A stretch of 64,000 nucleotides of DNA from Sedimentisphaerales bacterium. Lineage in GTDB: Bacteria; Planctomycetota; Phycisphaerae; Sedimentisphaerales; Anaerobacaceae. This document shows positions 54,323-64,000 of this stretch, piece by piece. Numbering within the stretch: position 1 is the first letter of the stretch; every line of letters starts with the position of its first letter. The notes below the pieces were generated by a model, which had not been told where the DNA came from, ran no database searches, and was given only the letters and a program-made list of their open reading frames with translations. The stretch covers positions 5,280,001 through 5,344,000 of the forward strand of contig OY970194.1 in the NCBI GenBank assembly GCA_963708075.1. The letters are read 5' to 3'. Made by a program: the position numbers and the translations under genes.

Positions 54323-54985
54323 ATGTTGACGCCCAGTGAGGACAATCACCTGGAATCTACCCGCCGGCTGATGCTGCAGGAACACCTGCGTGGACGCGGC
54401 ATCACGGACCCCGATATTCTGGCCGTCATGGCTGAGGTCCCCCGCGAGCGGTTCGTCCCGCCGGAGCATCGCTTTCGAGCGTATGCGGATGGCCCGCTGC
54501 CCATTGGCGAGGGCCAGACGATTTCACAGCCTTATATCGTGGCCTTGATGACCCAGCTTCTGCGGGTGCATCGCGAATGCGAGGTCCTGGAGGTCGGCAC
54601 CGGAAGCGGGTACCAGACGGCTGTTCTCGCCCGGCTGGCAAAGCGCATTTACACCATCGAGCGATTCCCGGAGCTGTCGGCAACCGCCCGCGATACCCTG
54701 GGCGAGCTGGGCATCGGCAACGTCGAGTTTCGAGTCGGAGATGGCAGTTGTGGCTGGCCTGAGGACAGGACCTTCGACCGGATCATCATCACGGCGGCGG
54801 TCCCGGACTTCCCTGCGCCCCTGACGGCTCAACTGGCCGAGGCCGGCGTCATGATCGCTCCCGTCGGCCAGCGTGCCGTGCAGCAGCTTGCCGTCGCCGA
54901 GAACTTCCACGGCAAGCGGGTCGAAAAGCACACCAGCAGTTGCCGCTTCGTAAGACTCATTGGCAAATACGGTTTCCCCGAGTGA
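54323..54985 (+). CDS. pcm: Protein-L-isoaspartate O-methyltransferase
   Basis: VPRERFVP, AY.D.PLPIG.GQTISQPY, LEVGTGSGYQ, FDRII.TAA. Confidence 0.96.
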   Translation: MLTPSEDNHLESTRRLMLQEHLRGRGITDPDILAVMAEVPRERFVPPEHRFRAYADGPLPIGEGQTISQPYIVALMTQLLRVHRECEVLEVGTGSGYQTAVLARLAKRIYTIERFPELSATARDTLGELGIGNVEFRVGDGSCGWPEDRTFDRIIITAAVPDFPAPLTAQLAEAGVMIAPVGQRAVQQLAVAENFHGKRVEKHTSSCRFVRLIGKYGFPE

Positions 54986-55078
54986 AAACGCTGGTCAATA
55001 GACCATAAACCGGGTAGAATGGCCGGGTGTAGTTGGTACAGGTTGGATGCAGTTGTGGAATCGAAAGCTGTCAGGGAT

Positions 55079-57198
55079 ATGCAAGGTGCAGTTTCCAAAG
55101 ACGTTCAGGGCAAGGAGAGCATAACACTCACGATGCCCGTGCAGTACGTCAAGGGGGTCGGCCCGGCGCGGGCGGCGATCTTTGAGAAGCTCGGCGTGCA
55201 GACCGTCGGCGACCTCCTGGAGTACTTCCCTCGCGACTGGGTCTTTGCGCCGGGTCCGATCAAGATCGGCGCAGATGCAGCCCGAACGAGCCGGCCACCA
55301 TCGTCGGCCTGGTCGAGTCCATCGACTTTCAACAGCACCGCCGTGTGCCGCTGCTGGAGGTGATGGTCAGCGACGACACGGGCGTCTGCCGGGTCATCTG
55401 GTTCCACGGCGGCTATTTGCGTAGTCAGATTCAACTGGGCCAGGTGCTCATGGCCTCGGGCAAACCGGCGATCTACAAGCACCAGATCCAGATGACCAAC
55501 CCCAAGTTCATGGTCCTCGATGAAAAGCACGCCGAATCCGACAAGTACTTCTCCGGCGGCGTTTACGCTGCGACCGCCCGGCTGAGCAGCCGGCAGATCA
55601 AGGGGATCATCGTGCCGGTGCTCGATCACGTCAATGAGTTGATCGGCGAGTTCTACGATGCGAGCTTTCTCAAAGACAACCTGATCGTCAGCCGCAAGGA
55701 GGCGTTCGCCTGGATTCACATGCCGCCGGACGAGGAAAAGCTCGCCGCCGCCACGCGACGGCTCAAGTATGACGAGCTGTTCCTCATGCAGCTCGGGCTG
55801 GCCCTGCGCCGTTATCGAACGCAGCACTATTGCATGTGCCACGGCGTGCACCCTCACCGACGAGATCGACAGCCGGATTCGCAAGCGTTTCCCCTTCCTG
55901 CTCACGGACGACCAGAACGCCTGCATCGCCGAGATCGCCGAGGACATGAGCCGCACGACGCCGATGAATCGCCTGCTGCAAGGCGACGTCGGCTCCGGCA
56001 AGACCGTGCGTGGCGCTCTACGCGGCGCTGCTGGCCATCGCCAACAAGACCCAGGCCGCCATCATGGCCCCTACGGAAATCCTCGCCTCGCAGCACTTTC
56101 TGAGCATCGAGCGGTATCTCAAGGACAGCCAGGTCCGCCGCGTCCTCATCACCGGCGGCCTGACCGGCAAGAAACGCGAAGAGATCCTCACGCAAATCAA
56201 GCAGGGCGAGATCGATATCGTCGTCGGCACCGTCGCGCTGCTGCAGAAGGATATCGAGTTCCACAACCTGGGCCTGGTCGTGATCGACGAGCAGCACAAG
56301 TTCGGCGTGCACCAGCGGGCCGAGCTGCGCAAGGACTGCGCCCCGCATTGCCTGGTGATGACCGCCACGCCCATCCCGCGAACGCTGGCGATGACGGCGT
56401 TCGGCGACCTCGACGTCTCCGTGATCAAGCAGTGCCCTCCCGGCCGTGGCGCGGTCGTCACCCGCTGGGTGGACCCGCAGCGACCGCCGGAAGGCCTACG
56501 ACTTCATTCGCGAACGGCTGCAAGGCCAAGAAGCAGGCGTACTTCGTCTTCCCGCGCATCTCCGCCGTCGAGGAGACCGGGCAAGGAAATCAAGGCCGCC
56601 ACCGACGCGCTGGAAGGAGCTTTCCGAGCGGGTCTTCCCCGAGCTTCAGCGTCGCCCTGCTGCACGGCCAGATGTCCTCCGCCGAGAAGCAGCGGATCAT
56701 GGCCGACTTCCGCAAGGGCACAGATCGACGTCCTTGTCTCGACCGTCGTGATCGAGGTCGGCGTCGATGTGCCCAACGCAACGATCATGGTGATCGAGGC
56801 GGCCGACCGCTTCGGCCTGGCCCAGCTGCACCAGCTTCGCGGCCGCATCGGCCGGGGCGAGTCCAAGTCCTACTGCCTGCTCTTCGCCGAGACCGACAAC
56901 GAGGTCGCCAAGAGCCGGCTCGAAGTGATGACGCGAACGAACGACGGCTTCGAGATCGCCGAGCAGGACCTGCGCATCCGCGGCCCGGGCGAGCTGTTCA
57001 GCGCCCGCCAGCACGGCCTGCCCGACCTCAAGATCGCCAACATCATCGACGACTACGACCTGCTCGTCATGGCGAGAAGACACGCCTTCGAGCTGGTCTA
57101 CAAAGACCCCACCCTGACCCAGCCCGAGCACTACAACATCCGCCGAGCCCTCCTGGCCAAATTCGGCAGGCTCCCTCGGCCTGGCCGACGTGGCGTGA
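55079..57198 (+). CDS. recG: ATP-dependent DNA helicase RecG (frameshifts)
   Basis: RLLQGDVGSGKT, MAPTEILA.QH, DEQHKFGV, MTATPIPR, FGLAQLHQLRGRIGR, RGPGE. Confidence 0.96.
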
Positions 57199-57394
57199 GG
57201 CATGGATGATCGATTATTGATGATGGATGATTCGCCCCCGCAGCATCGTCCGTGCCGTTGCAAGTCCCACAGGGTGTGCCATGCGCACCTTCTCCATCTG
57301 ACATCCGATGGTTCCTGGATTCCTGCTTGCGCAGGAATGGACTGGCAAATCGGTGTCAACAGTCCTTCAACCGCTGCATCCACGACGGTCGGGG

Positions 57395-58610
57395 TCAGTG
57401 ACTACGCGCCGCCAGCTTTCGTCTGCGGAGCTTCCGTGACGGCTGTTTCGTTGCTCGCTTCGAGACTCGCGGGGGACGTTTGCGGCCTTTGCGCGCGGGG
57501 GCCTTGGGCCGGGCTGCCGTCCGCTTGCCTTTCGTCTTGGCCTTCCTGGCCTTTTGCCTGGCCATTTTCCGCTTCCACGCGGCATGCACTTTTCGCCGTC
57601 GTTCGGGCGGCCACTCGTCGGGCAGGTTCACCCAGGCGAACTCGCCGCCGCACTCGACGGCCCTGTAATCATAGGCTCGGGCCGCCTCGATCTCTTCACC
57701 GAACGACCCAAGCTGGAATTCTTCACCCTTGAAACTGAATCTTGCATACCACCTGCGGCTATTTCGAGCGCGCATGACACCCTTGAACCTCGAAACGCCA
57801 CCCATGCGTTTGGGGCTATTGTGCGCATTCTCCCCGCGTGGGTGCGGTCGGCATTCGGTGGCGGCTTCGGATTCCAGCCGACACAAGAGCGCAACCCAGT
57901 CTTCTTTCGCCCCTACGGGGCTTTGGGATGTGATTGGCTATCGGTACCCACCGTTGAAACGGTGGGCTAGTGTCGATCGCCCCCGTGGGGCGGACGGGCC
58001 GACGCAAGAGGACTGAAGCGAAGTCCAAGCCCGCAGGGCGATAGAGAATAGCCCAGCGATTTATCGCTGGGGAACCGGGGCCGAGGACAAAAGCCAGTCC
58101 CGTAAGGGACGAAAGAGGCGCAGTCCGCACACGGCGGCTGCACGCCGCCACCGAATTCCGACCACCCCCCCCGCGTGTGCAAGCGCGCAGGTTACGCGCG
58201 CAGTTGTCCAGGCGATTACCGTTCCTGTGATCGACGACCATTCCCTTCGGGGGCTGTATGATTTGGTGGTACATGAAGATGGCTCTTCCCTTCTCGTACC
58301 GAGCGGCATATCCGGCACACACTCTCCACTTGTACCGGCTCAGCCGCTCGTAGTCGGCGGCGTCCACATAGGCGTACGGGCCGCCGGATAGGGGGATTCG
58401 CTTGACCGTCTCGTCGGCCGGGTCCGGGGACGGAGGCCTGACCCGATAGTTGCGGCAGACCGTGCCGGGCGGGATCTCCCGCATCAGGCCCGGCGTGTCC
58501 GGGTGGTTGGCACAGACCGGGCGGGCCGGAAAACCTGACGATAGGCTGCGCGTCTATAGACCCCGGTCCCAAAACGCAAAAACGCAGGTGTGACAGCTTG
58601 GCTTTACCAT
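57395..58610 (-). pseudogene. Second HNH-AP2 gene, inactivated by an in-frame TAG (58554-58556) and a MITE insertion
   Basis: MVKPSCHTC..*..CANHP..C.NYR..YAYVDAADYE..PPKGMVVDHRNGNRLDN [MITE] SRFKGV..EIEAARAYD..N.PDEWPPERR. Confidence 0.88.
57840..58168. mobile_element. MITE family A, 329 bp, 8-bp TSD
   Basis: ccccgcgt at 57832-57839 and 58169-58176; removal restores LRACTRGENAHN frame. Confidence 0.88.
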
Positions 58611-59024
58611 GTTCTTCTCCCTTCCTGTGACTCTCGTTTGTTCCGGGCCGACAATGTCGTCGCACCATGTGCTGTTCCATGTATGGTACATTCGCCATAT
58701 ATTCTGCCAATAGAAAACCATCAAAAAACTCTCCATCTTGTAAGTCCCTGTCCCTAAACGACTAACAGCGACTGGAATGGAGAATCTTGTCTTTTCGAGT
58801 GGCAGCAGCAAGCAGAGAGCAGCGGTGCTTACCGATGGTGCCATGCGTCTTACGAGCCATCGGCAAGCTGGCGCTTGCCGCTGCCACGCGAATCGCAGTC
58901 CGTGATACACACGAGGGCGATTCATCGTGCTTTCGGGGTTTGCAAAGCGGCGCCGTGGTTGTATGATGGCGGGCTTTGGCGGCGAGGGTGATGTTTGGAG
59001 TCGTTCGGGCAAGGCAGTGAAGAT

Positions 59025-60689
59025 ATGAATGAGCAGAATGCAGTCCAGGGACCGGTGCCGGCGGAGCGGATTCAGTTCGGCGAGCCGCGGCGGTACCTGG
59101 TGAATATCGATTCGATCTCGACAAACCAGCTTTTCGCCGATTGCGTGATCGTCGGCGCCGGGGTCGCCGGCCTGCGAGCGGCCATCGAAGCGGCCGACCA
59201 ACGCAACGTCATTGTCGTCTGCAAGGCGGGCCTCGAAGACAGCAACACCTGGAAGGCCCAGGGCGGCATCGCCTCGGTGCTGCGCAAGGACGACTCCTTC
59301 GAGTCGCACGTCGCCGACACCCTGCGGACCGGCTGCGGGCTCAGCGAGCCGGACATGGTCGAGCAGGTCGTCCACCAGGGACCCGAGCTGGTCAGGCAAC
59401 TGCAGGAGTGGGGGGCGGGGTTCGACCGCGTGAACGGCGAGATCGACACGACCCTCGAAGGCGGCCACTCCCATGCCCGCATCATCCACGGCCACGGCGA
59501 CGAGACCGGCCGGGCCATCGCCGAGACGCTGATCGCCAAAGTCAGGAGCAAGCCGAATATCCGCGTCATCGAGCACTTCTTCACGATCGACCTGCTCACC
59601 GATGCGGACAATCGCTGCATCGGCATCATCGGTCGCGGACAAGGACCGCGGCTTGCAGATCATCTGGGCGGCCAACACGATCCTCGCCACCGGCGGCGAC
59701 GGGCAGCTCTACCGCGAAACCACGAACCCGCCGGTCGCCACCGCCGACGGCCTGGCGATGGCCTATCGGGCCGGCGCGGTCCTGCGCGACATGGAGTTCG
59801 TGCAGTTCCACCCGACGACGCTCTACATCGCCGGGGCATCCCGCGCCCTGATCACGGAGACGCTTCGCGGCGAAGGGCGCCTATCTGCTCGACACCAAGG
59901 GCCGGCGGTTCATGAAGGACTACAGCGAGGCCGGCGAGCTGGCCCCGCGCGACGTGGTCAGCCGGGCCATCCTCGCCCAGATGCGAAAGACCGACGCGAC
60001 GCACGTCTACCTCGACGTGCGGCATCTGGACAAGGAGTATTTCGCCAAACGCTTCCCGCTGATCAGCGACCTGTGCGAGAGCTTCGACATCGACGTGAGC
60101 CACGATCTGATCCCGGTCCGGCCGAGCGCCCACTACATGGTCGGCGGCGTCAAGACCGACGCCTCAGCCCGGACGAACATCGAGAATCTCTACGCCTGCG
60201 GCGAGGTCGCCTCGACGGGTCTGCACGGCGCCAACCGGCTCGGCAGCAACTCGCTGCTCGAAGGGCTGGTCTTCGGCAAGATCGCCGGCCAGGCGGTGGC
60301 TCGGCGCGCGAGCCGAACGGACGTCACGTGCGCTCAAGCACCCGGCGATCCAGTACGACATTCCGCACTCGGACCGCAGCCGGCTGGACACCGCGGACGT
60401 CCGCAACTCGCTGCGGTCGCTGATGTGGCGCAACGTCGGCATCACGCGCAAGGCCCAGCCTCTGGCCGAGGCCCAGGAGATCATCCGCTTCTGGCATCGC
60501 TACGTGATGGACAAGGTCTTCGACGCCCCGGAAGGCTGGGAATGCCAGAACATGCTCACGGCCTCGCTGCTGATCGCCCATGCGGCGGAGCCTGCGCAAG
60601 GAGAGCCGCGGCGTTCACTACCGCATGGACGACACCAGACCGACGACAAGCACTTCCGCAAGCACATCGAGATCGTTCGCGCGGACTGA
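59025..60689 (+). CDS. nadB: L-aspartate oxidase (frameshifts)
   Basis: [63 protein letters not shown]. Confidence 0.95.
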
Positions 60690-60740
60690 TAGGTCCTATT
60701 GGTCCCATGAGTCCTATAGGTCCTGTCGCCGGCAGGCCAC

Positions 60741-61481
60741 CTACGCCGCCGGCAAATGGCCGGCGTCGATGCTGAAGTGCGCCAGATGCTCCGGCCGGGC
60801 GGGCAGGTCTTTGCGGACAATCCGGCTCGGATTATCGCTATTCACCACGTTGCGCAGGTTCTGCGAATGGACCACCTGCAGCCAGTAGGGCTTGTCCTTG
60901 ATATAGCACCTCTGGACCTCGGTGGGGATCCGGCTGTGGTCCCACTGGCAGATTGTGTGCGGGTCCCGGGCGTCTTCGATCAGGGTGGGGCAGTTGTTGG
61001 ACCAGTACTCCATGAGCCATGCCTGCCGGGTGGGAAGGTCCAGGATCAGGCCGAAGGGGAAAACGATCAGCCAGGGCTCTGAGCGATGCTCGCGCTCGGC
61101 TCGCCACGTCTCCTGGATGGTCTGCACCGTGTCCCTGTGGAAGGCGTCGTCGTTGTCGATTCGGCTGGTGATGAGATCGTATTCGCCGAAGGGGATGTCC
61201 TGCAGCCACAAGGGCTTGCCGGGCGCAGGATAAATGAGCCTCATGTTCGGATAACCGACGTTCTCCAGCGTCCGGATGTCGCGCTCGGGGGTCCGCTTGT
61301 CCATCAGGACATGCCACGTGAACTCCTGGCAGCTTTGGCCCATGATTGAGGGCAGCGTCAGCGTAGTGAACAGGCGCAGGCGATGCTCCATCCACTCCTG
61401 CGGCGAGACCGGCAACTCCGCCGCCCGCCGGTACAGCCCCGCGTTGAATCGCGTCAAAATGTAATGCTTGAATTCCGCCAT
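60741..61481 (-). CDS. Glycosyltransferase (putative rhamnosyl-transferase-like)
   Basis: ILTRFN, R..LF...TLPS..GQ...F.W, SRIDNDDA. Confidence 0.8.
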   Translation of the reverse strand: MAEFKHYILTRFNAGLYRRAAELPVSPQEWMEHRLRLFTTLTLPSIMGQSCQEFTWHVLMDKRTPERDIRTLENVGYPNMRLIYPAPGKPLWLQDIPFGEYDLITSRIDNDDAFHRDTVQTIQETWRAEREHRSEPWLIVFPFGLILDLPTRQAWLMEYWSNNCPTLIEDARDPHTICQWDHSRIPTEVQRCYIKDKPYWLQVVHSQNLRNVVNSDNPSRIVRKDLPARPEHLAHFSIDAGHLPAA

Positions 61482-61490
61482 TCGTCTGGA

Positions 61491-63287
61491 CTAACTCTGT
61501 TGCAGCACGGCCATGAGCCACATCGTGTAGGAGACCATCGGCGTCCAATACTCAGAGACATTGTAGACGCCGTCGCCGATCAAGGGCTGATCGTCCATCG
61601 TGCCGCCCAGGCCGTTCATCACGGCACCGGGCAGGAGCGGCGTGGCCGGCTGAAACTCGCTGCCGTTGACGAACCGGGGCGGGTGGTTGTGCCCGATGCC
61701 GATCCACTGTGCTGGCGTCGAACGGATTGCAGCCGAGGATCCAGTCGAGCTGCCGCTGGGCCACCGCTCGCAACTGCGGCTCGTCGAGAACCTTTGCGGC
61801 CCGAACCAACCCGACGCCCGCGGAGGCGAGGTTGGCGTTGATACCCACCCACCAGTTCTCCGGCCGCATGAAATAGCGATACCAGTAGTTGGCGATCTTG
61901 CGATTGCCCGCGTCCTCCTTCGATTGAAAGCCATAAGGGACGATGCCGAAGCTGTTGCGTGCGGACATCGCCGCCAGGTAGTCGTGGGTGTAGAGGCGGA
62001 TGGCGTTGCGCCAGCTTTTGGCGTCGGGATGGTCGGGGAACAGCTCCACGAGATCGCACAAGCCGAAGAGATGCCAGCAGCCGTGATAGATATCACGATA
62101 CGGCTCGGAATTGTTCGTCCCCGCGCGATAGAAGCCGCGGATGGCGTCCTTCGAGTCCAGGGGCTCTGTCACTTGAAGCTGCATGAGACGCGAGGCACAA
62201 TCAATCGCCGTCCTTCTTGTACTGCTCCTGCTCGCCGCTCTTGTAGAGTTGTATGGCCGCCGCCATCGCGCCGCCGAGGCGCTCGGTGGCGTTCTCCGGA
62301 CGGTCCTTGGTGCACCAGTCATAGCATCGCTTCGCCGCCTCCAGGCAGCGGGTGGAGTACGCCGGGTCACTGGTTTTCGTCAGGCGGGCCATCATGGCCT
62401 CGGCGATCACGAACTTGTACTGACCAAGACGGTCCAGCGGCTTGGCCTGGATGACGCGGTCGTCCTTGTCGCCGACGATCGTGATCTTGCTGCGGGACCC
62501 GCCCGGCGTCGGATCGATCGTGGCGGGCTCGCCGCCTTCCAGGCCGACGGTGTTGTCCGTCCAGCGGTTGCCGTCCCCGTGCCGCAGGGCATCGCCGCCG
62601 ACATGGCTCATCACGTAGCCGGCGGACTCCTGCATGTTGAGGAAGTACCGGTTGCCCCAACGAAGCTCATCCATGATCCGCCGGCGCATCGGCTCGGACG
62701 CCGTGAGCTCATAGACCTGTGCCAGGCCGATCATGCCGTGGATCGTAGCCCCGACCCACTTGCGCAGGTCCGACGCATCATGCCAGCCGCCTGTGGTGTC
62801 CTGATGCTTTCCGTTGTCGAGCCGCACGGCGTCATCACAATGGCACGGGGCCAGATACCCCGTCTCGCTCGGTCCGCACCGCTGCAGCGAGAAGTACCCG
62901 ACGATCATATCAATCGCGTCCTCGTAAACCCCGGGACCGATCCGGAACGGATAGGATCGCGACTGCCCGGCCCGGATGTAGTATGTGCCCGCGCCTTTGA
63001 CTACGCTGAAATCACCCGTATAGAACGTGCCGAAGTCGCCCTTCGATTCCACCAGCGGGCCGGAGAACAGCGACGCTCTGGTCCGTCGTCCGGATCACCT
63101 CGAATTGCTCTGCCGTGCGGTCCTTGAGCACGCACCTCTTTGACGCCCCCGGCACAAAGCCAACCTGGTTCATCGTAACATCGACCCGCAAATCCCGCGA
63201 AAACATCTGGCCGAATGTTGGACTGGCGATGCAGAGCACCGCAAGCGACAGAAAGCGACCCGGCATCAAAGAAGCTGGTCTATGCAT
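61491..63287 (-). CDS. Secreted glycoside hydrolase family 9-like protein (frameshifts)
   Basis: NQVGF.P...K, S.PF.I, YF..QRCG, D.TGGWHDA.D, WILG.NP. Confidence 0.8.
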
Positions 63288-63657
63288 GAGATTCCCCTTC
63301 AGGATTTGGCTCCGCAGGTCGGTCCTGTTTGCCCGCGCGATAGAAGTGAATATTGACATCTTCCAGCGTGGCGATGCCTTCGTCAACGACGGCATCGATC
63401 ATCTCCAGGAAGCCGGCGATCTTCTCCTTCGTATCGACGATTTCGATCACGATGGGCAGGTCCTGCGAAAGTCGGAGAATCTTGGCCGTGTGCATCCGGC
63501 TGTGCGCGCCGAAGCCTTGCAGGCCGCGAACCACGGTCGCGCCGGCCATGTGCTGCTCGCGGGCCTTGCGCACGATCCACTCATACAGCGGCAAGCCCCC
63601 ATGCTTGTCGCTTTCGCCAATGAAGATCCTCAGCAACTGTCCTTCTTTCGGCAGCAT
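63280..63657 (-). CDS. DUF190 (PII-like) protein
   Basis: LRIFIGE.D, GATV.RG..GFG, LS.DLP.V.EIVD; follows crcB. Confidence 0.92.
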   Translation of the reverse strand: MLPKEGQLLRIFIGESDKHGGLPLYEWIVRKAREQHMAGATVVRGLQGFGAHSRMHTAKILRLSQDLPIVIEIVDTKEKIAGFLEMIDAVVDEGIATLEDVNIHFYRAGKQDRPAEPNPEGESHA

Positions 63658-63663
63658 GGCTCA

Positions 63664-64000
63664 TCACCTCAGATTCGATAACCCGTACCCCAGCGCCACG
63701 GCGGCAAAGCCAACAATCACATGCCCGCCCACGTACAGAAACGCGTAGAGCAGCTCTTTATCCCGCAACATCGCCATCGCCTCATAGCCGAACGTGGAGA
63801 ACGTCGTGAAGCCGCCGAGCAGCCCAATGAGCAGGAATAGACGCATGGAGGGACTGAACAACTCCGCGTTATCCGCCCACCCGCCCAGCAGACCAATCGC
63901 CAGGCAGCCCAGAACATTGACGCTCAGTGTCCCGTATGGAAATGAGGCTTCGTCCGACAATCGTTGCACCCAACCCGCCATGAGATATCGCAGGATCGAC
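63664..64000 (-). CDS. crcB: Fluoride channel Fluc/CrcB, 5' end outside window
   Basis: RY, FPYGTL.VN..G, GLLGGFTTFSTF..E. Confidence 0.95.
   Translation of the reverse strand, partial: SILRYLMAGWVQRLSDEASFPYGTLSVNVLGCLAIGLLGGWADNAELFSPSMRLFLLIGLLGGFTTFSTFGYEAMAMLRDKELLYAFLYVGGHVIVGFAAVALGYGLSNLR

Noticed and set aside
58554..58556. Amber recoding (pyrrolysine) in the HNH-AP2 gene
   Set aside because: TAG aligns with Trp (TGG) in the paralog, the gene is also disrupted by a MITE, and TAG ends normal genes in this window

Overview
A GC-rich bacterial chromosome segment. By inference it is from Planctomycetota, Phycisphaerae/Sedimentisphaerales-like, given the GLUG+dockerin protein, the fused lpxC-fabZ and the repeat types. 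Core genes: ftsK, rlmN, tRNA-Gln-glmU-prs-rplY-pth-rpsF-ssb-rpsR-rplI, metY, aspS, dnaB-bamA-skp-lpxD-lpxC/fabZ-lpxA-gnnA-like, pcm, recG, nadB, crcB. Many are broken by single-base indels, most likely long-read assembly errors. The accessory parts are the interesting ones. (1) A hotspot at 1.3-8.5 kb is built around a RAYT-type (Y1 HUH) transposase: one complete copy bounded by 19-bp inverted repeats, two copies that keep the 5' end but are 3'-truncated, many short GGGG(A/T)CA-type end motifs with stutter footprints, and single cargo genes. A second, decayed locus of the same type lies at 36.6-38.1 kb. (2) The polar arrangement '5' gene fragment - cargo gene - complete gene' recurs three times (rlmN, an HMA-like gene, RAYT). 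(3) A 9-unit array of a 17-bp repeat with variable spacers and no cas genes lies at 35.2-35.7 kb. (4) Three MITE families show visible target-site duplications: one inserted in frame in an S9 peptidase, one disrupting an HNH-AP2 gene, one IS4-like. (5) There is a divergent class III nucleotide cyclase-like gene beside TA modules, a candidate rod-like ncRNA upstream of tRNA-Gln, and heptamer-repeat hairpins, one of which overlaps the BamA N-terminus. All calls come from reading motifs by eye; no database searches were run.
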